Of a stretch of 64,000 nucleotides of DNA, positions 10,844 through 22,490 are shown piece by piece. Under the pieces are notes generated by a model that was not told the origin of the DNA, did not search any database, and saw nothing but the letters and a program-made list of their open reading frames with translations. Location: NCBI RefSeq assembly GCF_046119375.1, contig NW_027362771.1:226796001-226860000 (forward strand). The letters run 5' to 3'. The translations under genes were made by a program, and so were the position numbers. The stretch comes from Phyllobates terribilis. Lineage: Eukaryota. Every line of letters begins with the position of its first letter. Positions within the stretch are counted from its first letter, which is position 1.

Positions 10844-12215
10844 CACTGCGTTCCAAATTATTATACAAAAAGTGTTTAGGAGTGATAAGGGAAGAATTTG
10901 TTTGTTTGTCAGTTAAACTCATTGATGGTGATGTGTGTCAGGGCTCTTTATATCACTGTAAGCAATTGCAGACACCTGTGCTAATTAGTTTGGCAGGTGT
11001 GTCCAATGAAAGGCAAGACTACTTAAGAAGGCTCTCTCACATTATTAAGCAGCCTACATTTTCTGCCAAAATGGGAAAGAAAAAGGATGTGTCGGCTGCT
11101 GAGAAGCAACAAATTGTGGAGTGTTTAGGTCAAGGCATGACTACAATCAACATTGTGCGATGATCAGGATGAAGTGTCTTGGCAATCAAGAAGTATGTAG
11201 CTGATTCACAGTACACACGTGTGCGTGCTGATAAGGGCAAATTGAGGACTCTTTCCTACAGGCAATTACGTCAGGTTGAAAGAGCAGCGGCAAAAAAGCC
11301 TTGTCATAGCAGCAGACAAGTTTTTGAAGCTGCTTGTGCCTCCAACGTCCCCCGAACAACAAGATGCAGGGTCCTTCAGAGGTTTGCAGCTGTGCATGCG
11401 CCATCCTGTCGACCTCCTCTATCCACTTCACACAAGCAGAAACGGCTCCAGTGGGCCAAACATTACATGAAGACTGATTTCAAAACTGTTTTGTTCACGG
11501 ATGAGTGCCGTGCAGCGCTCGATGGTCCAGATGGATGGAGTGGAGGATGGCTGGTTGATGGACACCCCACGCAAACACGGCTACAGCGCCAACAAGGAGG
11601 AGGTGGAGTAATGTTTTGGGCTGGAATCATGGGGAGAGAGATTGTCGGCCCCTTTAGGATCCCTGAAGGCGCTAAAGATGAACTCCATAATGTATGTGGA
11701 TTTTCTCAAACAGCACTTCCTGCCATGGTTCAAGAAGAAGAACCGTGTATTTCACAGCAAGATCATTTTTCTGCATGATAATGCACCATCTCATGCTGCA
11801 CATAAAACATCTGCATCTCTGGCTGATATGGGCATAAAAGGGGACAAACTTATGGTGTGACCCCCATGCTCCCCTGACCTCTACCCCATTCAGAACCTTT
11901 GGAGCATCATTAAAAGGAGTGTCTATGATGGCGGGAGGCAGTTCACATCTAAGCAACAGCTCTGGGAGGGTATTCTGTCCTCATGCAAAACAATTGAAGC
12001 AGAAACCATCCAAAACCTGACAAATTCAATGGACGAGAGAGTTCAGAAGCTCCTTTCGAACAAGGGGTCCTATGTGAAAATGTAACATCACCTAGAATAA
12101 AGTTTTGAGTTGAAAACTGTTTGATTTCAGTTTCTAACAACCTGCTAATGCTTATAATTTCAAAAATGACCATTTTTTTGGTCTTTATTAAAATGAAAAG
12201 GTTGATCGAAAAGTT
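10844..12215 (+). mobile_element. Tc1 element with left TIR and transposase pseudogene (~11071-12085), right TIR missing, inside hAT copy 1
   Basis: Starts TA-CACTGCGTTCCAAATTATT. Encodes MGKKKDVSAAEKQQIVE..., VLFTDEC, GGVMFWAGI, FLHDNAPSH and a degenerate PSPDL-PIENLW-like motif, with stops and frameshifts. Confidence 0.9.
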
Positions 12216-12543
12216 TGGGGGATCTAAGAGTGTGGCAACCCAGTAGTCATGATTACTTCGAATTCTGACAATATGAGGGTCATGCTGCAGGTAGTGCAGC
12301 AAGAAGGCACTTATGTGCCTTGCGCATCTCGGAGCCCCAAAATTATTTTCCGGGCTAGATGCAGCTAAAAATTATTTTTAATTTTAAATCTGGTGAAGCT
12401 TTAGTATAGATGGCCTAATAGGATCAGTGCTGCACACTGCTACAAAGCCCAAATTATTTTCCAGTCAAGATACAGATAAACATGATTAGTAATTTGAAAG
12501 CTTAAAACGGTTGGTAGGGTGATTTTAACCAATCATCAAGCTT

Positions 12544-15500
12544 TTACTCTCCCCAGGATGACACAGGGGTAGAAAAGTCGTTTCGGATCCATGATTTGTT
12601 CATCTTTATGAACGTGAGTCTGTCTACATTATCAGTGGAGAGCCGCGTGCGCTTATCTGTCAGCACACCACCAGCAGCGCTGAACACACGTTCAGACAGA
12701 ACGCTGGCTGCGGGGCATGACAAGATCTCCAAGGCGTAAGTGGCTAGCTCCGGCCATTTATCCAGATTGGAAGCCCAAAAAGAGCAAGGGTCCAGTGACA
12801 CAGTCGTGGCTTCAATGTTTACTTGGAGATACTCCTGTACCATCGTCTCTAGGCGTTGACTATGTGTCAGACTTCTTGTCTCCTGTGGCCTTGCAAAGGA
12901 TGGGCTAAAAAAGTGGTGAAATGATTCCGCAAAATTGATGTTACCAGCAGATACTGTGGTTCTGTTACGGTTTGAGTGCTGAACACTTGACGGTCCCACG
13001 GTTGGCAAGTTGGAACTGTGAGATTCACTACGTGCACCACTGGTATTTTGTGGAAAAGCACATGTAAGATTCTGCAACAGTCTCTGCTGATACTCCTGCA
13101 TGCGTGCATCCCTTTCTATGGCAGGAATAATTTCTGCAAATTTACTTTTGTACCGGGGATCTAACAGTGTGGCAACCCAGTAGTCAGGATTATTTCTAAT
13201 TCTCACAATTCGAGGGTCATGTTGCAGGTAGTGCAGCAAGAAGGCACTCATGTGTGTTGCGCATCCAGGAGCACCAAGTCCCTGTTGTGTTGGTGGCGAG
13301 GTAACAATCATGCTTCCTTCCTCTGTCCTCTCCCCCCAACCTCGCACAACAGAAATGTGATCAAGGTCTCCCTCATCTGATGAGTCTTCCATCAGTTCGT
13401 CCTCCACTTCTTCCTGGGCTCCTGCACCTTCCTCACTAGTTTGGCTGCTACCATGTGCCCTGGTAAAACCATCTCCCCCACCCTCACATGCCTGCCGCCT
13501 TGGTGCTGCCGACCGTCTGGACCTTGCAGATGTTAGCCCTTCCGCATACAACTCCTCCTCCTCTACTTCCTCCACCTCCTCTTGTGCCACCACCTGACTC
13601 CGAATTCTGTTTAACATGTGCTCCAGCATGTAAATCACCGGAATAGTCATGCTGATAATGGCATCATCAGCACTAAACATCTTCGTCGCCATTTCAAAAC
13701 TGTGCAGAAGGGTGCATAGGTCCCTGATCTGAGACCACTCCTCCAGCGTGATTTGCCCCACCTCTGAATCTCGTTGGCCCAGGCTATACGTCAGAACGTA
13801 TTGCACCAGGGCTTGTCGGTGCTGCCACAGTCGCTGCAACATGTGCAGAGTTGAATTCCACCGGGTAGGCACATCGCATTTTAGCCGGTGAAGTGGCAGG
13901 CCCAACGACTTCTGTAGAGATGTAAGTCGCTGAGCTGCGGGATGCGAATGGCGGAAGTGAGCACACAGTGACCGTGCCCTCTGCAGAAGGCCATCTAGTC
14001 TGGGATAGTGGGCTAAAAATTGCTGGACAACCAGGTTCAACACGTGAGCCATACAAGGCACGTGTGTGACATTGCCCCGGCGAAGGGCCGCACCCAGGTT
14101 TGCAGCATTGTCGCACATGGCCTTCCCTGGTTTCAGGTCCAGTGGAGACAACCATTCATGAAATTGGTTCTCCAGAGCTGACCACAACTCCTCAGCTGTG
14201 TGACTCACATTTCCCAGACATTTCAATGTAAAAACCGCCTGATGACGTTGAGCCCTACTGCCAGCATAGTAAGGAGGTGTGCAGGATCCCTTCTGCGCAG
14301 TTAGAAAGCTTGTGGCATGACCAGACAGGCTTTGGGTGCAGGTGGAAGACCGAGAGGAGGTTGAGGAGGCAGAAGCAGTGGAGGAACTTTGACATAAAGA
14401 GGATTGACGCACAACTCGTGGGGACGGCAAGACTTGGACAGCAGCCCCTTGTCCTGCTGTCACCATAGTTACCCAGTGCCCAGTCAGCGACATGTAACGC
14501 CCCTGTCCATGCCTACTCGTCCAAGTGTCTGTGGTGAAATGCACCCTGTCACACACAGAGTTTCTCAAAGAAGCGGTGATGTTGTGTGCGACATGCTGGT
14601 GGAGCGCAGGCACACCTTTCTTTGAGAAGTAGTGCCGACTGGGCATCTGGTACTGGGGCACTGCGACGGACATAAGGTCTCGAAAATCCTCTGTGTCCAC
14701 CAGGCGGAAAGGCAGCATTTCTGTAGCCAAGAGCTTGCAGATGGTGAAATTCAACCTCTTAGCTTTCTCATGGCTAGGAGGAAATGGTCTTTTACTTGTC
14801 CACATCTGAGGGACCGAGGGCTGGCTATTGTGCTTAGACGGGGTTGATAAGGGTGTCCCCGGCAATCTGCCGGTCTGTGAGGAAGATGCAGGCGGACATG
14901 TTAGGTTGCCTTGATCCAAAGGTGGTGCTATCGATGCCGGACAGCGCTCAACACCAGCTGGTGTTACCACCTCCAAAGAAAATGATGACCTGCCAATCAC
15001 GCTGGCTGTTGCGGGTAAAGAGGTGGCAGGTCTGCGCCCCAAAACAGGTGTGACTGCTGTCCCCCCAGTCACAGAGGATGAAGAGGCCGCGGATGCACAA
15101 GATATGGCAGACGGTGATTGGCCCGGCCGGCTAGGCCGCATTGTAGCACACTGAGCTTCCCACTGCAACTTATGCTTCATGTCCATGTGCCGGTTCATGC
15201 ATGAAGTACTCAAACTATGTATTTTTTGGCCTCTACTTAGCTTTTGCTGACAAATGTTACAGATAACACGAGTTGGGTCATCTTTATCGATCTGAAAAAA
15301 TGCCCAGGCTATGCAAGGCTTAGCACCCATGCGACCTGAAGAGCCACCACGACTTGTGGTGAGAGGCAGAGTTGTGTTTGAGGATGCAGTTGTTGACGTG
15401 CTTCAAGTACTACGTCTCTGTCCAGGAAGGCGCAACCTGACCTCGTCGTCACTAGCATCTTCCTCCACCTCCTCTGCTGACCTCATCTCTTGGCTGACTG

Positions 15501-16245
15501 TGGGTTGACAGTAAGTGGGATCTCCGACCTCATCATCATCACCCTGTGCGTTATCACACCCGTCGTCCTCAGAGCCAACCTGTTCCTGCCCTGACAAAAA
15601 ACTAAAGTTGTCGCTCCAATCAGGTATTTGAGTCTTATCATCGTCTTCCTCATTGTCTCCACCAACAGGAGTTACAGTTTGGGAATGAGGGTCTACATTA
15701 TGGTCAGAACCTTCTGCGTCTGGTCCTGGATCCGACTCATAAAGATTCTGGGCATCAGTGCAGATCATTTCCTTGTCTGGATTCACAGAAGCGCTGGAGC
15801 CGACCTCTGATTCCCAGGCTATAGTATGAGTAAACAGCTCTGCAGACTCAACCATCTGTTCTACCTCATACTCAGACGGGCAGCTGGAGATTTGGGAGCT
15901 GTGAGGAAGCAAGTGCGATTTGGGTGACACCTTTGAGGACTGGAGTATTTGTGATGTTGAAGTTGATGTGGAGGAGAGCCCACTTAAAGGAGCACTTGAT
16001 ATCCGTTGAAGCACCTGCTGTTTTTGTGCCTCATCTGGAATTTGTAGCGATTGGCGTGGCCGTAAGAAAGGGATCTTATCACATTGTCCGCTAAAAGAAG
16101 TAGACATTTTAGTTTGGCTGGAAGATGGTCTTTCTTCTGTAGATGTTACTGTTGCTTTAAAACCTACCCCACGGACACAACCTTTTTTCCCCTTCCCAAC
16201 ACGCCTATTCCCCTTTCCACCAGCAGCAGGCCTTTTTCCACTCAT
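12544..16245 (-). pseudogene. hAT transposase with BED zinc finger, 1233 codons broken by one in-frame nonsense codon at 15403-15405
   Basis: ORFs 15403-16245 and 12544-15330 are in the same frame; TGA here corresponds to GGA in the other copies. Motifs: AWAFF..CNIC..RHMDMKH (BED), FTTDTWTS, CDNAAN, CMAH, TRWNST, SERVFS, and the hATC dimerisation region. Confidence 0.95.
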
Positions 16246-16360
16246 TTTGGTGGTTAACTAATTCACAACTCTGGAGTTGTTTGCACAAAAAAACAATGGA
16301 TGGTAACCGAGCAGAGCTGAGTGGCCAAACTGTGGTATTAGGCCAAAACTATTGGCTGGG

Positions 16361-17858
16361 TTAGATGCAGAAAAAAATTATTTTGAATTTGCAACCTGAT
16401 GGAGGTCAGTATAGATGGACTAATAGACCAAGTCCCACACACTGCTAGAAGCCCAAATATTTTTTCAGAGCTAGATGCAGAAAAAAATTATTTTTAATTT
16501 GCAACCTGATGGAGGTCAGTATAGATGGACTAATAGACCAAGTCCCACACACCGCTAGAAGCCCAACTATTTTTTCAGAGCTAGATGCAGAAAAAAATTA
16601 TATTCAATTTGCAACCTGCTGGAGGTCAGTATAGAAGGACTAATAGAACAAGTCCCACACACTGCTAGAAGCCCAAATATTTTTTCAGAGCTAAATGAAG
16701 AAAAAAATTATTTTTAATTTGCAACCTGATGGAGGTCAGTATAGATGGACTAATAGACCAAGTCCCACACACTGCTAGAAGCCCAAATATTTTTTCAGAG
16801 CTAGATGCAGAAAAAAATTATTTTTAATTTGCAACCTGATGGAGGTCAGTATAGATGGACTAATAGACCAAGTCCCACACACTGCTAGAAGCCCAAATAT
16901 TTTTTCAGAGCTAGATGCAGAAAAAAATTATTTTTAATTTGCAACCTGATGGAGGTCAGTATAGATGGACTAATAGACCAAGTCCCACACACCGCTAGAA
17001 GCCCAACTATTTTTTCAGAGCTAGATGCAGAAAAAAATTATATTCAATTTGCAACCTGCTGGAGGTCAGTATAGAAGGACTAATAGAACAAGTCCCACAC
17101 ACTGCTAGAAGCCCAAATATTTTTTCAGAGCTAAATGAAGAAAAAAATTATTTTTAATTTGCAACCTGATGGAGGTCAGTATAGATGGACTAATAGACCA
17201 AGTCCCACACACTGCTAGAAGCCCAAATATTTTTTCAGAGCTAGATGCAGAAAAAAATTATTTTTAATTTGCAACCTGATGGAGGTCAGTATAGATGGAC
17301 TAATAGACCAAGTCCCACACACTGCTAGAAGCCCAAATATTTTTTCAGAGCTAGATGCAGAAAAAAATTATTTTTAATTTGCAACCTGATGGAGGTCAGT
17401 ATGGATGGACTAATAGACCAAGTCCCACACACTGCTAGAAGCCCAAATATTTTTTCAGAGCTAGATGCAGAAAAAAATTATTTTTAATTTGCAACCTGAT
17501 GGAGGTCAGTATAGATGGACTAATAGACCAAGTCCCACACACCGCTAGAAGCCCAACTATTTTTTCAGAGCTAGATGCAGAAAAAAATTATATTCAATTT
17601 GCAACCTGCTGGAGGTCAGTATAGAAGGACTAATAGAACAAGTCCCACACACTGCTAGAAGCCCAAATATTTTTTCAGAGCTAAATGAAGAAAAAAATTA
17701 TTTTTAATTTGCAACCTGATGGAGGTCAGTATAGATGGACTAATAGACCAAGTCCCACACACTGCTAGAAGCCCAAATATTTTTTCAGAGCTAGATGCAG
17801 AAAAAAATTATATTCAGTTTGCAACCTGATGGAGGTCAGTATAGATGGACTAATAGAA
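16361..17858. repeat. 110-bp tandem satellite (~13.6 monomers) upstream of the transposase ATG
   Basis: CTAGATGCAG recurs at 16471, 16581, 16801, 16911 and onward, with a 110-bp period. Confidence 0.97.
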
Positions 17859-20476
17859 TGATGCTATGCCCAAAAGATTTTACTTCACTAGGTGCAGTAA
17901 AAAAATTGGTATTCTATACACAGGTGTTATATCTTGCAACACAGATAGGCTACTCCACTGACTAACACACTCTGCAATAGGCCAAAAAGGATTAGCTTTG
18001 CTAGATTCAGCCAAATGCTGTGAAAAAAACTTGCACAGCACTGGCACAGACCTGCCTGGCAAAAACTGATAGGAACTCATGTAACCTAGTCCTGAAAAGG
18101 ACTCCAATTACAATTAGTCTTTACTCCCACAACCTATCTATTTAAGAGCACAGACCTCCCTGATAAAAGTCATAGGAAATGCTGTAACCTAGTCCTTAAA
18201 AGGACTGCAATCACAACTATTCCCTACTCCCAAGCTATCTGTAGATTTGTGCGAAAATTGGCTTGAAATTAACAAGGTATAGCGCACACAGCAACAGCGG
18301 TGCCGTCTAACACGCAGCTGCAGCAGTGAGAAAATGGTGGCGACGGGGAAAATGGCTTGGTCTTATAGGGCAAGGACATGTGACATACACTGCCAATGAC
18401 ACATGCCCTTGCTTGTGTGAAAAAAAGCACTTTGCTCCGTGTGTGCGCTGCTGATAGGCTGACAGATTGCACCTTCCCACTGCAAATGCGGGAAAGAGAA
18501 AAAAAAATGGAGATCTTCATTGTTCCTGCAGAGATCCATCCCCTGCCCCTCCCCCCACCCCGCTGTACACTCAAACTGCGTATTAACATTAATTTTCATC
18601 ATTACTGAGAAAAAATCCAGTTATGATTTTGGTGCACGAACAGTTATCGAACATAACCTCGAACAGCCGAATTTTTCTCAAATTGTTCGTGTTCGCCGAA
18701 CGGCTCGAACACCGCCCAAAACAGCTCAAATTTGAGATTGGCGAACAGTTCGAGTAGAACAACGCTCATCTCTAATTGCAACAGCTCAATACCTGCCACT
18801 GATTGGCTGCAAGGCTCCTGTGATATAATATTGTCACGCAAGCCCTGAGAGTCCCAGAGCCGGCATCCCTGGAATGGTGCCAGTACAGGAGTTGAGTGGA
18901 GGGTATATTTATTTTACAGAGGGGAATATAGTATTTAGAAAGGTCCTAGTATTGGACAATCCATTTAAATATCAAAATAGTTACACTGTCATGATTGGAT
19001 ATATTTCAGATCCTGAATGTTACATTTGAAGGACATCTGTGAATCCAAGGCATTAAGGAAATAATATCTCTAGTTTTTAAGAATAAATTGCTGTTTCTCA
19101 CTATGATGATGGAAAATGTATAATGCTATTGCCAGGAATACTGAACTGATAGCCCGCTAGGTGAAGGACTTACACAGACTCCACAGTGGCAAAATTATAG
19201 ATTATTTGCAATGAAGATTATTTAGAAAAATACTTAATTTTGAAATTAGGAAGCAAATGACCAAGAAAAAAATGGAAGGTGGAAATGGCCTTAAAATTAG
19301 CATAATTAGATGTTGCAGCCATAACTGAACTCTAGATATGGGGGAAATAGTTAGATGTTTTTCCTCCTCATATGAGGAGAATAGTACTAGACAGTTGGGG
19401 AGCCCTGTTGAAGATTATGCATCAATTCCCTTGAGGTTCAAGTTACATTTATGTCTTTCAAAGCTACTGTAAATAATTAGGAGGGCAATATTCTCCAGTA
19501 TATACATGTGAGAAGAAGAGCACTTGGTATGATATATGACATTGCGTTCTGTAACTTTCTCACAGGGCTTGCTAAATGTACTTGGAGGTTTATTCTGTAT
19601 TATGCAAATATACTTAATGAAAATCTAGTACATTCGCTTTATCTGCTTGTTTATACATTTTGATAGGAGGAAAACAATGTTTCACTGCAATCAACAGTTT
19701 TAAATGTTAATGCCTCGAGCCTCATTTGAAAGGGTACCTGCCAATACAATGCCATTTGTTTCTTGCAGATAAATATTTGACCTTTAAAAGCAAAATGTTT
19801 CTATATCAGTGTAAATTATAACATTACTGATCAGAGTGAAAAAGGTTGAGCTCATAAAGAGCTTTTTCTATAACTGTTACTAAAATCCTTATATGACTTT
19901 ATGAGTTATTTATAATAGGTAACATTAAAATATGAATTGTATCAAAATTAACCAAAAATGTCTGAATGGTATCCCCAGCTGGATTTAATAATGTTAAGAC
20001 TGACTCCACATTTCACCATTTCACAGACCACGCATGGACTGCAATTTCTGGGCCGATCACAGGTCTCCTGATGGAAAAAGTCTCATATATGCATATGAAT
20101 CTGTTAATTTGAGTCAAGAGACCCATTGAAGAGGTGACACAATGATACCACCAGGCAGGACGCAAATACAGTACAGTAGATGAGTAGGCAGAAACAAAAC
20201 ACCAGATTCATTGAAGGGCAGAGGATTTTATGCCGGAAACTAACAGTTCTTATAATGATAACGGCAATAACAGATACAAGGAGGAATAGCTGGAATGTGC
20301 CACATGAGCTGCACTCCTGCTATTGCAATAAATTGTTAAATCAAGTGAACCAGGTCTGGCACAGACCAGTCTGGCTATGAAGGGTCACTTTTAAGGGTCT
20401 AAAAATGAAATATGCCAGAAATGTAACCCCCTCACCACCACTCTTCATCTGACAATCTGTTCTGCTTCACCCACAG

Positions 20477-20712
20477 GTACGTCATCTGACCCAATCTGCA
20501 AATCCCACGCTGCTTATCTGACCGTCTTTTCCAAACTATATCTATCTGTCTCCCGGTATGTCATCTGACCCCATCTGCAAACCCCATGCTGCATATCTAA
20601 CCATCTTTTCCAAACTGTATCTATCTGTCTCCCAGTACGTCATCTGACCCAATCTGCAAACCCCACACTGCATATCTGACCATCTTTTCCAAACTGTATC
20701 TGTCTCCCAGTA
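20477..20712. repeat. About 3 copies of a 79-bp tandem repeat
   Basis: GTAYGTCATCTGACCC at 20477, 20556 and 20635. Confidence 0.85.
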
Positions 20713-20895
20713 TGTTTCCTGCATCCAATATCTGCTGTGTATCCACTGATCCCTGCTAATTTCATTCTCTCTGTCCTGGGTATGTTTGATCCCATCTGCA
20801 CGTTTATCACCTCAATCATTTGATCCCTATACAAACTGGTCCCTATCTGTCTGTTTTCTGAATACATTTAGCATCTGTGTCCTAATTATGCACAG

Positions 20896-21468
20896 TGTAG
20901 GAAAGACAAAGTACACCACAAAGGGATGAGGGGAAGGGAGCCCAGACAGCAGGGAAAGGGGGAGTGGAGTCCTCCTAGGTTGATCTAATATCGCCCTGTC
21001 TCCCCTATCGTCCCTGTATTGGCTCCTTACCAATCGCCAAACAGGATACCTAAGCCCTGTATCTCCCTAGAGCTAGGCCCTGGATAGGGAAGGGGGGAAT
21101 GAGCACTGGTCAGTCCCCACTCACAAACTAAAGACAAGAAGGGAGACAAACACAGGGGAAAGCAACTTAGCTTATGCTGACTCCTGAGAGATTACACCAA
21201 ACGTCCTCCAAAGCACCAGAGAAGAAGTAAGCAGACTGCAATAGCTCTAAGCCTTCACAAAGGAACATGTGAATATCACCGTCGCCTCCATGTAGCAAAC
21301 TGAAAGTATTTAAACACCCAGGCCAGGGTGTCAGTCAGAGCAGGAGAGAGGTAACCGCTGGGTCCTAAAGTAAGACAGATTTAAGAAGGTGTCTGCAATG
21401 CTAAACGAAGAGATCTTCTGCAGCCAACTGCAGAGCGACTGTCTTTCACATCTAACACACCCGTGACA
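20896..21468 (-). mobile_element. Possible solo LTR
   Basis: TGT...ACA termini and LTR-like composition, but I could not match a TSD. Confidence 0.4.
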
Positions 21469-21479
21469 CATGCGAACAC

Positions 21480-22490
21480 TATCTTTTCCAATAAAGAAGC
21501 TCTGTCTGAGGTTGTATGCAACCTAATTAATGATGGTGGACACAGGATCTTCTGGAGTACAAGACATCTTTACAATACTTTCAACGATGATCATTCCTTC
21601 AACAACACCCCTTACCTGCTTAAATGGGAATCAGATGTAAATAAAACATTCATCCCTGAGCAATGGGAAAATGCATTGACTACTCATATTCTTCCAACAT
21701 CTCCATGCTCCTTCACAAATCCTTTTTTAAAGTCTCAGCCAGATGTTCCTTCACTCCCGTCAGGCTCGCTCACTTTGATAGTGACGGTTCTCCCTTATGC
21801 TGGAGGAACTGTGGTCAACCGGGCACTCTCTTTCATATCTTTTGGAGTTGCCCAAAAATTAAGTCACTCTGGAGCCAGATCTTTTCTTTGACCACAAAAA
21901 TATCCAATGAAAAGATACGAATTTATCCACAAATTGCTCACAGACAGCTTCTGATACACATCTTCCTTGTCAAAAACTCCATTGCTTTTCTTTGCAAAGA
22001 TTCACCACCCAAATTACGTGATATTATCGAAAGGCTCTCCCTGCACAGTTCCTTAAAGCTTAGATATGCCTTAACTAACAACTATCTTCCAAAATACCTA
22101 AAAAAAATGGGATCCTTGGACCTTGAATTTCCCCTAACTTTTCAAGTCATTGCCACGTCATTGCCAAACGCATCTAAACATCCTCATCACTTCTGAATCT
22201 CTGCTACTCTTTGGTACTCTCATGGGTAAATTAACTTTTCAAAAGTTTGTGTGTAATTGTTTTAGTTGAATTGTATATTCTAGTTGCATACTACAATACT
22301 GTTCATTGTTATAGTCTGTCAGTAAGAAATTAAGTTCTCCCTATATCCCTTGCCCTTCCCCCTTCTCTTTCCCTCACCAGATTAATAATCTCACTCACTT
22401 ATAACTTTCCCTTACCCTATCCCCCCCTCTCTTCCCTATGTTGATTTAAAAATTTCAATAAAAATATTGGAAAAGAAAAATCCTACAGTG
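21480..22490 (+). mobile_element. 5'-truncated L1-clade LINE 3' end
   Basis: Degenerate ORF2 C-terminus with CWRNCGQPGTLFHIFWSCPKI, a pyrimidine-rich 3' UTR, AATAAA near 22457 and an A-rich tail. Confidence 0.85.

Larger units (their letters stand above)
8076..18774 (-). mobile_element. Composite hAT DNA transposon, copy 1 (10.7 kb)
   Basis: 8-bp TSD ATTGCAAC at 8068-8075 and 18775-18782. Imperfect TIRs TAGTGTTGAGC and GCTCATCTCTA, TTCGAAC-type subterminal repeats at both ends, and an internal hAT transposase. Confidence 0.95.
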
